DNA of 64,000 nt from positions 8,551,008 to 8,615,007 of the forward strand of contig CM119268.1 in the NCBI GenBank assembly GCA_051294375.1. The letters run 5' to 3'. Under the pieces are notes generated by a model that was not told the origin of the DNA, made no database searches, and saw only the letters and a list, made by a program, of their open reading frames with translations. This document shows, one piece after another, positions 1 through 11,491 of this stretch. Source of the stretch: Paraspadella gotoi (lineage: Eukaryota; Animalia; Chaetognatha). The translations under genes and the position numbers were made by a program. Each line of letters starts with the position of its first letter. Position 1 is the stretch's first letter.

Positions 1-2204
1 TCGTTAAAAATTTTTTTTTTTAAAAGACAGCTTTCTATCTAAACGCAGCTTCTCATCGGCGATAATGTTGTTCTTCCGTTTTGGCGATGAGAACCCAGAA
101 ATAACATTCAGTTACCAAAAAAGATTTAGAGCCGAATGTCGTCACTTCCGCCCCAAAGGAAAAAAAAGGAAACCTTTTGCTTTCACTGATTCCGAAAAAG
201 TCGAAGGTGCATCGAAAATCCGGAGCCAACTACGGATTTTCTTTTCTCCCTTTTTTCCTCACTCTGCTCACCTCGAAACAACTCCACAAAAAAACAAAAC
301 ACGTTTGTTAATAAACAAAAGTCAGAATGCGAGAAAACGAAAAGGCGCCGAGATGAAAAGTCAAGGTAAAAAAATGCAGGAGAGAGAGAGAGAGAGAGGT
401 TGCAGGAGCATGCAGCCCTTCCTATCCTTTCCGCCCCCTCCCCCCCATTTCCACCTCCCCGAAGAACTCGAAGAGTCGCGACTCGAACTCGGCGGAGATC
501 GAGATCTCGACGCCGCCGCCGCCGCCGCCGCCGCCGGCTCGACGCCCAACCGAGCCGACCTCGCCGCTTCTAATTACACTGGAATGAATTCCCAAGCGGC
601 GGAGAGAGAGGAAGGGCCGGGGGGAGAAAACAGAGGCTAAAGAGAGAACTCGAAACGGGCATCGGATTTGGAGAGAAGAGTGAAAGCATATTATTATTAA
701 GGGGTTGATGGAGATGAGATAAGGAACGCTCAGTGATTGGCAAAGAAACTAAAGGAAACTGCAAAAGGTGCCAAATACGAACATTTTGATTGTTTATTAA
801 TGATTGTCTTATATTTATCTCAAACGTAAAAAAACGCTAACTTGGAATATATGTAAGTCAACTGATAATCGCAAAGGAACTCTGAATTATAGCGACAAGC
901 TTTGTACTCACATGTTGTTAGTAGTAGATGGACTAAGGTCCGGCATTACACAAAACAACCTTTCTTCAAACGTACTAATTTTGATTGTTTCTCTCGACTT
1001 AGCGCGAGCGTTTAAATGGAGCAATGGAGTTTAGATTACGGGATAAGTCAAACATATTAAAGAAAAAACGACGCGTGATTTCGCAACTTGTGTTTTCGTT
1101 TTCATGACACAATCTTAAATAGGTTAAAAATTCAACCGTGGAGAAGAAAATTGTTTTTCTTGTGGCCTCAACGATTTTCCAGATTAAACGATATTATTTC
1201 AAGGGAAATGATTGTTACAAAACGAAAAACTTATACGATAGGAGTGTCGACACGAGTATGAATAAGCGCCCGCACATTTAGAACTGTGAAGACGCCTTAA
1301 GAGGCTCGACCGAGGTTTTCTGAGAACGAGTCAGACCAAATGTTTCCAACTAAACATCACGTGACCAACGGCTCGTCCAATCAAAAGACGGATAAAAACA
1401 GAACGCATCTGCGAACATTTTCGCAAACTTGGAACTACCTCTTAATATTGTTTCCTTATTTTTTTACCTCATTCACCTTTCTCTTTGACAATTGCCAATG
1501 AAAAATTTAGAATGAGTACAAGCTCAAAAAAAAATTTATACATTTTTAAGTATACTTTCAATGAACAAAAAATTTCTTCTAGTAATTATTTTTTTAATAT
1601 TTATTTATAGATAGGAAAGGCCAACAATTTTTTTTAAAAATTAAAAATTTTAAGACGGTCGGCGAAAGTAAAAGTAACCCCATCTAGCCCCATATTGACA
1701 AGATTTATATAATTTTAATACCATACTAATCAGTTTCCGAATCGTTTATTTCCTCCGTACACAAGAGATTTACAATACAAGGACCACCCATTCATTACAT
1801 ATATATTACCTTAAATCGTTTTAGAGCCGGAGTGAAAATTCCTCACTGATCAATTCCGGATTGCGAAGCGTCACCAGGCCTCACCAGGTCGATGCTCTTT
1901 CACGCAAATGATGACGACGACATTTTTTAAGAATTCAACTTTGGCGACTAAATTGATCAATCACACTGCTAAAAGTGGCCAAGCATTAGCCAAAAACTTA
2001 ATATAATTTGGGGAAAAAATCATCTTTATATACCGTAAATATTTATAGGTGAGATATACCACTCACCTACACATTAACATCATCTATTATAAATAAACAT
2101 AAATTTGAAATTAAATATATATGCAGTTTCTTGAATTTCGCAGGCAATAAAAGTCAATTAAATAGATCTAGATCACCTTTCAAGTTCAGCCATGGGTAAT
2201 TAAT

Positions 2205-3548
2205 TTAAATCCTGGCTCCCTTTCTTTTCCTCCTCGAGTCTGTCGTCGGCGCCGCTTCCGCCAATTCGGCGACGCCGTCCAAGCCCTCGAAGCGCTCTTC
2301 GGCGCCCCTCTCACTTCGAGCACCACGCGTCATTCTCGAAGAGGGCTTCAACTCGATGATGCTCTTCGACGCGGAGAATTTCGGCGAAGCGCCGACGGCG
2401 AAGTAGGTCGAAACTTTTGGCACCTGAGCCACGGCTGGTGTTGAAATTTTCCCCCGTGGCGCCTCCGCCACTAAAGGAGGAGCCGAATCGTGGACGGCGA
2501 CTGGCTCAGGCGCGACTTGTTCTTTGGTAGACATCGTGGTCGTTGTTGTGGTTTTTGTTAATGTTATTGCCTGGCTTGATAAGACGGGCGCCGGGAGGCA
2601 CCCGGGCAACATGGATGACGGCCGGCACTCGGGTAAGATGGAAGCTGGGCGGCACTCTGGCAAAACGGATGAAGGGCGGCAGTCGGGCAAGATGGCATAG
2701 GAGCGGCAATTGGGCAAGAACGAAGAACGAGGGATTTCCAAAAAAGAGGCGGGGGGTGGCGTATTATCGGTGAAAATATTTCTGTTTCGGGGCGGCATGG
2801 AGGCGGCACCTCCGGGACACTGGTGGTCGTTGAGTACTTTATACGACTTGGGCGCGACACGAGGATGAGGAAGGCTGGACTGACCGGAGAAGTGTTTGAG
2901 AGTAGAAACGTAATTACCCCGATTCAACGAGAATGGAATAGATCTACTCGTCGCGGACAGATGCATCTGCGGGCTTGGCTCTTGGGAAGGAAAACAGGAT
3001 TTGGGCTCTAAAAAACTGCGATACAGAGACAAAGGTGGAGGTGGTTGAGGCAAGGGAGTCGGCGGCGGCGGCGGCGGCGGCGGCGGGTGCATCAGATCAA
3101 ATGGATTGTTCCAAACTAGTTCGCCTCCAACTCCGCCGCTAACGCAAGGTCCCGGAGGTTCGGTCGAATATTGCGACTCCGGACGAAACGAAGTACGGGG
3201 GATTTTCCGGCGAACTTCTTCCTCCTCCGTCGCTTTGGCTTCGTCGTCTCCGTCGTCCTCGTCGTCGTCATCGTCGATAAAAGGTAAGAAATTCGGACAA
3301 CAAGATCGGTGTCTCGGGAAGAGCTTTAGGTAGCTGGTGGCTCCGAACGTGAGGGAAGCGGCGCTTTGACCTATCTCGAAAAGGCGTACCGCGTCTCGCT
3401 GGACGCATGGGAGACAAATCAGGTCCTCTTGGCCCAAAAGTTGATCGTGCATCAACTTGGATGCTTCTGCGGCGTTTTTGTAGATAGTCGAGCAGAGGGA
3501 GAGGAGGACGTGCCAATCGGTCTCCATGATGGACAAGCTCTTGGAAAA
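2205..3548 (-). CDS. Uncharacterised protein, one large open exon (~445 aa): Cys-containing N-terminal ~90 aa, acidic patch, Pro/Ser-rich body, basic C-terminus
   Basis: ORF 2205..3536 is open back to a TAG| acceptor-like site at 3549; first ATG at 3527. Five 9-aa repeats (LPxCRPxSx) and a C-terminal RRKRK. No family recognised; an upstream exon may exist. Confidence 0.6.
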   Translation of the reverse strand, partial: FSKSLSIMETDWHVLLSLCSTIYKNAAEASKLMHDQLLGQEDLICLPCVQRDAVRLFEIGQSAASLTFGATSYLKLFPRHRSCCPNFLPFIDDDDDEDDGDDEAKATEEEEVRRKIPRTSFRPESQYSTEPPGPCVSGGVGGELVWNNPFDLMHPPPPPPPPPTPLPQPPPPLSLYRSFLEPKSCFPSQEPSPQMHLSATSRSIPFSLNRGNYVSTLKHFSGQSSLPHPRVAPKSYKVLNDHQCPGGAASMPPRNRNIFTDNTPPPASFLEIPRSSFLPNCRSYAILPDCRPSSVLPECRPASILPECRPSSMLPGCLPAPVLSSQAITLTKTTTTTTMSTKEQVAPEPVAVHDSAPPLVAEAPRGKISTPAVAQVPKVSTYFAVGASPKFSASKSIIELKPSSRMTRGARSERGAEERFEGLDGVAELAEAAPTTDSRRKRKGARI

Positions 3549-4534
3549 CTATCAAACGCAGATTTAACGAGAGCAAATTCGTGAATATGGCTTAAACGCT
3601 AAAAATACTTTTACATAATTTTCTATCATTTCATTATATTAAATGTATTTCTCCTAATATGAATAAATTCATGAGTAATTGAAATTTTGTTATGCAAATC
3701 TCTCGGTTGATCGATAACGAGCCAGCGATCTATGAATAGAAAAACATTTTCGAAGACATGAAACACAATCCGTAGTTATCGGACATAATTTTCTTTCTAA
3801 TAATCATTGTGGTACACGAATTCATGAAAAGCATTCTACTTATTTAATGTATGGTTTACTTGGCAAAGATTTAATTAATTTTTATTCAAGGAAAACATGA
3901 AAATATGAATAGTAAACCTACACTAAGCTGCTTTAAAAGGCATAACTTTAATTTCTCACCAGTTAACTAAAGAATAGAGCCTTTATAAAAAAAACAAATG
4001 AAATAAATAAGACTTGGGAAACGAAAAACTTGCATTTCCGTAAAAGTAAACATCAGAATACACGTCATTTGATGAAATAAAGAATGAAAAAAAAAATGGA
4101 GACAAAAATGGAAGAAGAGGTAAAACAGAAACATTTCGACAAAGAGGCAGGCCGGAGGGGGGGAGGGACGAGTTGGTGCAGGGAGCTCATAAGAAACTCG
4201 GTATTTTAAGGTCTAATTATAGAAAACCATTGCTCTGATTTTTTTTGTTTCGAATTGATAATAAAAAAAAAATACATCATAGTTCTACTTAAGCATTAAG
4301 CGATACTAAATTCAACGTATTTTAATCAATTCCGATTTAGACAAAGCGACTGAGACTAAACGGACTCTCGGCTTTCATGAGGGGTCATTTGGCCGGTGGT
4401 CATCGCAAGGAGTTTTTTCCCCACTTTCCTCGCCGAGTTTGTCTTCCGTTGTCGTCGCGATAGAAGAATGATGCCAGAGATCAGCGCCGAAAGTCCCAAA
4501 TAACTAATCATCCCAATTTATTTCCTTTTTTTGT

Positions 4535-7500
4535 TTAGTATTTGACGAGGCCTAACTTTTTCGCTTCAGTTTCGTAAATAAGCAGACGCCACATCTTGAC
4601 GACGAAGACCTCCGCCTCGTCGTCCAAAACCATCTGTACGTCCTCCAGTATTGTGCGAGGAGAGCTTTTCGAAACGACCTAAATCGGAAAATAAATACAT
4701 TCAACCCTCACTCTCCGATAGGCTATTTGGTATTTATATTCCCCCCCCCCAAACTCGCCTTCTGACAAATGTAGTCGACGAGAGATTGCTCCTCCTCGCC
4801 GATGTACTCTATGATCTTTTTGTTGATCCAAGGTTTAATGCGCTTTTCCATCAAAGACGAGTCCACCATCTTCCACTCGAGAGAGAATTCGAAGAGCTCC
4901 TCCTTCGAAGTCGGGATTCGCTCTGTCGCGGGAAACAAAACGATGAGAATTTCTTGCAGCAGGAAACCCAAAGAAATCCCAGCTGCTCGATTCCTTACCA
5001 ATCAACTGTTTGATGGCCTTCTTCTTTTCCTCCGTTGTCAGAGGCTTCGTGGGTGGGGCTTCGTCAACGCGAGCCTTCTTGGGCGTTGGCGCCACGGGCT
5101 CGGAGGAATCCTCGTCTTCCTCGGCGAAGGCTTCGTTGGGCTGCTGCAGTTTCTTCCGCTTAGCCTCGACCTTACCCTCCCCGCCGAGCCGAAGGCCTTG
5201 GAAACCGATGGGACGGGAGTGCGGGTCCGCTTCTCCCGGTGACTGGGCAAAAAATAGCTTACAAGATAAGAAAACAAAAAAGAAAGAATATGCTGTGGGG
5301 GTATATTCACACCGCCTCACGTCCACCATCGTTCGGCCAAATCCATAGGCTCAGAGGGGGAACACACCATCCCAGGCGTAGTGTTCCATCCACAGTCCTA
5401 ACGACTTCCCTCTGCGTTGGCAAAACGAAACCGTCCTAGGGTAACCGCGCCAGTGACTGGATGCGTCACTAAGGGTCGGAAGCGCCCCCAAAAGTCAACA
5501 GTGAGATGCCCCATCCCAATGGACATCACAGGCAACCCGGCTGCTGCCATAATGCTTAATTTACACTAACCTTGGGCTGTCGACCACTTCCCCGTTTCAT
5601 CCGCGCGTCCCACGTTTCTTGCGAATCGGCTTCCCCTTCAAAGGAAGGTCTTGACTGCGACTCAGGTCGGGACGACGCGGGCTGATGGAGGTGACCGTTG
5701 TGAGGTTGGGGATAGGCGGGGGCGTTAAACGAGGGGGACTCGGCTCCTCCGGCGTCGAAACCGGTATCGTAGTCGGCGTCTGAAGAAAAAAAAATGATTA
5801 ATTTAATCACATCCAAAGTCTAAACCTGTCCGAAACCAACCGGGAGAGTTATCCGGCGACGGGGAATTCCGATTCGGTGGTACCGCCGGCGGTTGTTGAA
5901 TGGGCGCGACCTCCCGGTGAACGGCGGGCGCGGGAGGTGGCGCAGCGCCAAGGGAGGAGCGTCGCCGCCGGCGCCGTTCCTCCAACCCGGCGGCGTCTTC
6001 GTCCTCGTCGTCTTCGGTTGCCGCGCCGAGTCGACGAGCAATCTTGGCATCGTGATGAACAGGTACGCCGCCATCTTCGTCGATGGAGCCGCGGCGTTTG
6101 CCGTTTCCGGCGGATTTGTTGTTGTCGTCCTCCTCGCCAACGCTGATGACGAGACGCTCCTCGGAAGCCATTCGGTCGTCCTTTCGAATCTCCTGGGAAG
6201 ATATGGGGTTAAAACCATCGCATCATCGCCGTACCGAAGAAATCTTAGCTTACCTCTTTGAGCTGCGAAGCAGAGGTAAGATGCAGCATGGGTCTCAGAT
6301 GACGGCTCAAATTTTCGTCCAATCGGATGATTTCGTCAGAATTTTCGTCGTGACCTTGCAATAGACGAGGAGGAAAATAAAATTTAAAAAAAAACGGAAC
6401 GAACAAGAGGGTAAGAAAGGGAAATTATAAATAATATGTATATGTTATTACTAACCCGCCTCCTTAAGTTTGGACTTGATGTCATCGATCTCCTCTTTCT
6501 CTTTCTGTCGGTCGCGACTGTCCTCGGCGGCCTCCATATCGCGCGCCTTCATCCGCCGCGCCAACGCCGACCCCTGGTAGTACTTGGGATCGTCGCGAAG
6601 GTCGTCGTAATCTTCTAGGAATTCCTTCAATCTGAAAAGAGATCCGAGGTGCACTAAGTTTCCTCGAGTATCGAACTCAACCGCTCTGGTTCCCGGCCAC
6701 CTTCCCTTACCGCCTAGCTTCTTTCGATATCTCCGTCTTTCTGTTCTGCTCGGCCCGTTCTTCCTCCTTGTACTCGGCTCGTCGCTTTCTCTCTCGCGCC
6801 TCCCAATTGTGAAGGCGCTGAGCAAAAGGAACATACAATTTCAAGTAAATACCTAAACAACAACAAATACAATGGCGAGACGTTAGACGGAGCGACTCAC
6901 CTCTTGATAAGCGACTTCCTTATCGCGAAGTTTTCTTTCCATCTTCTTTCGCTCGTACTCCTCTTCTTCGTCCTCCTTATCGCGGTCGCGATCGCGAGTT
7001 CTGAATCGAAAAGACAGGAGACAGATTAAATAAAATATATCTCTCGGTCGGCTATTCCGTCATTTAACCTGTCCGCGTTCCTCCTCGACTCGAAAGCGCT
7101 GGCAACGGACATTGCAGAACGGTCGTCCTCGATCTGCGAACGACTGCGTTCATGATCGCCGCGTTCACCGCGTTCGGTGCGGTCTCCCCGTTCGCCGCGT
7201 TCACCGCGTTCGCCGCGTTCACCGCGGTCGCCTCGGTCGCCTCGGTCGCCTCGGTCACCTCGGTCCCCGCGATCAACGCGGTCACCTCGTTCTCCGCGCT
7301 CCGAGCGCTCGTTACGTTCTCCTCTTCCGCCTCTGTCGCCGCGGTCCCCGCGGTCGCCACGGTCGCCCCTCTCGCCTCGATCGGCCGACGCGCGCGCTTG
7401 CGAAGATGATTTTCGACTGCGAGTCGACGGTGACGCCGATCGTGACTTGGATCTTAAAAATAAATATATATAATATTATAGATTATATACTGCATACCGA

Positions 7501-9760
7501 TTGGAAAACCTGAGTCTCCCTACCTCGAGGGCGACTTGGGAGACCGCGACCTCCGTCTTTCCTCCTCCCTCTCCCTCCGCTCCCTCTCCTCCCTTCGCCG
7601 CATCCGATCCTTTTCCGCTTGCTCCATCTCCGCGCGGATCTTCTCCTTTTCCGCCTCGTGCTTCTCTCGAATGAGACGCTCTCGCTCCTTCTCTCGCTCC
7701 TTTCGCTCCCGCTCCGTCGCGTCGCTTTCCTGAATGGAGGAAAGGAAAGGGGGGCAAAAAAGGCGGGAAGGAGGAGGAGGGAAGGGGGGGGGTTGTGTTT
7801 GGATTAGAGAAGACGAAAGATTCGAACAAACATTAGCATTTCCTAAAGCGTCGCTTGTCTCCGCAGCTTTGTTTTACATAGTATCTGATTTGTAAACTAG
7901 CTTCCTAATAAACTGTTGGGGAAAAAAAAAGCTAAGCCCAATACCAACGTTTCGCAATAAGTGACAATCAAAAGAATTCAATTTATTTGGTAAAACAGAT
8001 TTGTATTACTTGAGTGAAGACCGCGTGACATCGGGATGCCTGGTGCCAATAGAGAGCCGACGGTAGGGGGGCAGCGAGATCGAAACACAGTTACCCGGCT
8101 GTTTATTGATAAAGGAAACCCAAAACAACATTCTCGCCGAAAAGATGTCGATGATACTTATTAACTTAAAACAACTACGAATGTTTTGAATTCATGCTAA
8201 TCTTTTGAATTTCGTAAGGTACGGTATAAAAATGGTACCTTAAAACGTACATGACATGTGGACTAGCCTGGTTAGAGATTCCATAGAAGAATAACCGAGA
8301 AGTACGATAGTGAAATCGTTGCCACTATTTTCATTAAAATTTTTGTTTCATTTTTGAGTTTTGCAGAATTCAGATGCAAACGAAGTTTTTAAAGTTTCTT
8401 TGTTTAATTTTTTATTGGAGACTGACGTTACGGCTGAATTTTTCTTTTTTTTGGCTGATAAACCACCTGAAAAGTCTAATCCCCGACTCTCTAAGTAATG
8501 AATCAAATTCGATAGTACAATAGATTTGTAACAATAAGAAAATGGCAAAACGTACTGAGGTGTTTTTGATAGCCCTTACCTATAAGTCTTCACGAGTATC
8601 GCTCGTCGCCTTGGAACTGATAAAGCAACACGAAGCAGTAGTTCACAACATTCTCATTTTTTAAACTGAGAGTCAATATTAAACGGTCATAATTCTTGTA
8701 AATTTTACACATCAATTGATCTTTCACAGCATTCACAACACTTATGATATTTATACAACTATAACTTTCCCATTTGTCATAAAACACGTTTCAACTAAAA
8801 AAAAGCAAACCGGTAACATACAAACATTTTAAACTAACCTTTTCGAACTTAACCGCGCGACGCGCTCTGAAAAGAAAAGTTTGGGAGTGGCGGCAGCCGC
8901 GCCTACCTCATACAAGATTTTATCCTGCAAACAAGTTTTCAAGTCGGCGTCGACATCAATCGGGTGGAAAAGTAGAGTGTGATATTTCCAAATTTCTTCC
9001 GCTGACGGTGGGGGTGGAGTGAATCCAACACCCCAAAGCCAGACTGTTCCTGTTTTTGATGACACGACAACAAAAGACATATTTTTCGCTGATTGCGTTA
9101 AGACCGGACACCATTTTCACGATGACAGACGTCAACTATTAACGTAAAATCGTAACGGGACCTTCACGATTGAGTGAGTCCGACGATATATATAAGGGTG
9201 TTTATTTATTATCTCTATTTTTTCCACCCTCAGGTAAAAGAGAGCTAAAATCAAAAAAAGCCCATTACCTTGTATGTTTGACGGAAATGCTCGATTTCGC
9301 GTCTCAGCATCGCCTTTTTCTCTTCCTCCATATCAATGCCATCCAGTTTCTATTAAGAGGAAAATCATCGTATGACTTCAGGAGAATATGAAGAAAATAA
9401 AAATTAACCAAAATAGGAGTGGGTGACTCACATTTCTTTCGAAATCCTCCAGAACCTTGTGCGTAGTTACGTGCGCCATTTCCAACTTGGAGTTGAGTTT
9501 TCGCGCATCAGGCTGTTTGGTTTTGGAATCGTCGGCGTCCAAGACTATGGGTTCCTCACTGCTTTTTCCGACTGAAGGGTGCAAGGCATTACCGTATTTC
9601 TTCCGTCAATTTCTACACCGCAATCGTTTAAACCTACCGGAAACTTGCGAACTGGATCTCGTACTTCTTTCCGCGCTGCTCTCCTTTTCCTTTTCCACAG
9701 CGCTTTTTTCTGAAAGGAACGACAAAAGAGTTAATAAAGGCCGTTGCACCCTCTTTCACC

Positions 9761-9812
<52 letters not shown>

Positions 9813-10826
9813 GGCCAACTTAATGTCGTTCGCGTACTCCCGCATGATGGCCTCGAGGCCGGCTTTGGCGATGCGGTCTTCCCTCAGCACCTCCTCGTCG
9901 AGGACCTCCTCCTCCTCTTCTTCCGCGTCCTTTCCTTCCTCCTTGTCCTTCCCGTCCTCGTATCTTTTGGGTTTGGAGACGATGACGCCGCCGCCGGCTT
10001 TGTTGCGCTGTGAGAGAGTAAGGTTCCACGATCGGATTGGAAAAAAGTGACTGGCGAAAAAAAAGAAATTCTTACCTTGTAATTGTCGAGCTGCTGTTTG
10101 GTTTTTGCATCGACCTTGACAACCAGCTTCTTATCGGCGATTTCCCATTCGTGAAGGAGTCGAATGCAACGCATTGCCGCTTCGGGATCTGCAAACTCAC
10201 AGAAACCGAAAGCCTAGAAGTGAAAAGAAATTGATTATTTACCGTCGGAGATAACCGACAGCACGGCAGAGGTGGCGCCCAGAGGATCGATTTACCTGCA
10301 ACTTTCCGGAGGCGCCCTGAACGCGTTTCCAGGTTAGCACGTTGCCGCATCGTCCGAGAAGTTCTTTCACCATTTTGTCGCTAGCCTTGTCAGAAATGTT
10401 CCCTAGAGAGAAGAAACAAGGTAATCGAGGAGGACTGAAATAGTATAAGCCCTAATTCCAATATAATTTTAATTGTCCAAGAGCTCACCAACAAAAACCG
10501 TGGTTGGAGGAGCCTTGACCTCCATTGGGGCAGTCGGGAAAGGTGGTCGGGGCCGCGGGGGCATGGGTCGCGGTCCGCGGTTCATGAATCCAGGTGGCGC
10601 GGTCATAAACATGTTACCTGAAAAAAAAAATGTAGGGTTGCCAAAATCCAACGAGCGACAAAGTACAGACAGTTTTGACATTTACGTTATCCGCGAAATT
10701 ATTTTCGAACGATTGAGACGTACCTGGCATCGGAGGCATTGGCATCATCGGGTAGTTACCCCAAGGAGGGTAACCCGGTCCCGGAGGCGGGGCTGAAACT
10801 GGCGGACGGGCACCATTGAACGCCAT
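4535..10826 (-). CDS. RBM25: RNA-binding protein 25 (RRM, RE/RD-rich region, C-terminal PWI domain), 19 coding exons, ~1050 aa
   Basis: Exons 10724-10826, 10489-10617, 10296-10402, 10076-10213, 9812-10007, 9638-9709, 9432-9571, 9269-9349, 7524-7729, 7069-7452, 6901-7000, 6711-6817, 6456-6631, 6254-6354, 5841-6192, 5571-5779, 4999-5242, 4759-4922, 4535-4678 join in phase (3153 nt). Motifs TTVFVGNIS, AFGFCEF, EFLEDYDDLRDDPKYY, KPWINKKIIEYIGEEE, VKMWRLLIYETEAKK match RBM25. Confidence 0.96.
5293..5552 (-). repeat. ~260-bp GC-rich interspersed repeat, copy 1 (RBM25 intron)
   Basis: Clear reverse-complement similarity to 27573-27816, e.g. shared CAACAGTGAGATGCCCCATCCCAATGG and GCTCAGAGGGGGAACACACC. 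Class unknown. Confidence 0.85.
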
Positions 10827-11491
10827 TGTTTCTTTTCGATAAGACGGTTGTACGTGAGTTTTTACTCAAAATTCCGAAACATAATAAAGTTTCCACAAAA
10901 AACGAATTCTGTAGCACGTCTAAAAGGCGTATCAGAAAAAATAAAAGTTGAGAAGTATTAGCAAAAAATAAGTAACGAAAAATATTGTCGAGGAGGTTAT
11001 CTCATTAAAGTTCAAAATATTGAGGAATTTAATTAGGAAGGTTGCTTTCAGAATCCGTAAAAGAAAAGATTTTCGGCAGTGTAGCTAAATATTTTATCCA
11101 CATAGTTTATATACATTTATACTATAACTGTAATAGTATATAGTACTGGGAACCGAAAAACAATGATTTTATCATAAAATATAGAAAAAAATATCTTCAA
11201 GCTATATTAATACAATTGAGTAAATTTTCATTGACTCATAGCCCATAAATCCGATAAAAAAATAATAAATTCAAAAATTTCACCCCGTCACTGACAAACA
11301 GCAAAATTATGTACGGAACAAGTAAAATGATTAAAACAAAAATAATAAGTAGCTGGAAGGGTAAATAAAATGTGGAAAAGAGATTTCACATCGTAAAATT
11401 TTTAACGTTTCAAAAGAATCAAAAGCTTTTCGTCAATGTTCGAATTCTATCACAGACATGAGCACTACACACACATAAAGAGAGCGACGAA

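Noticed and set aside
65-640. 191-aa plus-strand ORF and overlapping minus-strand poly-Ala ORF
   Set aside because: Low complexity from (GA)n and (GCC)n; no motif and no supportable exon chain. It may be a UTR or first exon of a gene outside the window.
7064-7513. SPR-repeat and other alternative-frame ORFs
   Set aside because: Shadows of the RBM25 9-nt repeat exon.
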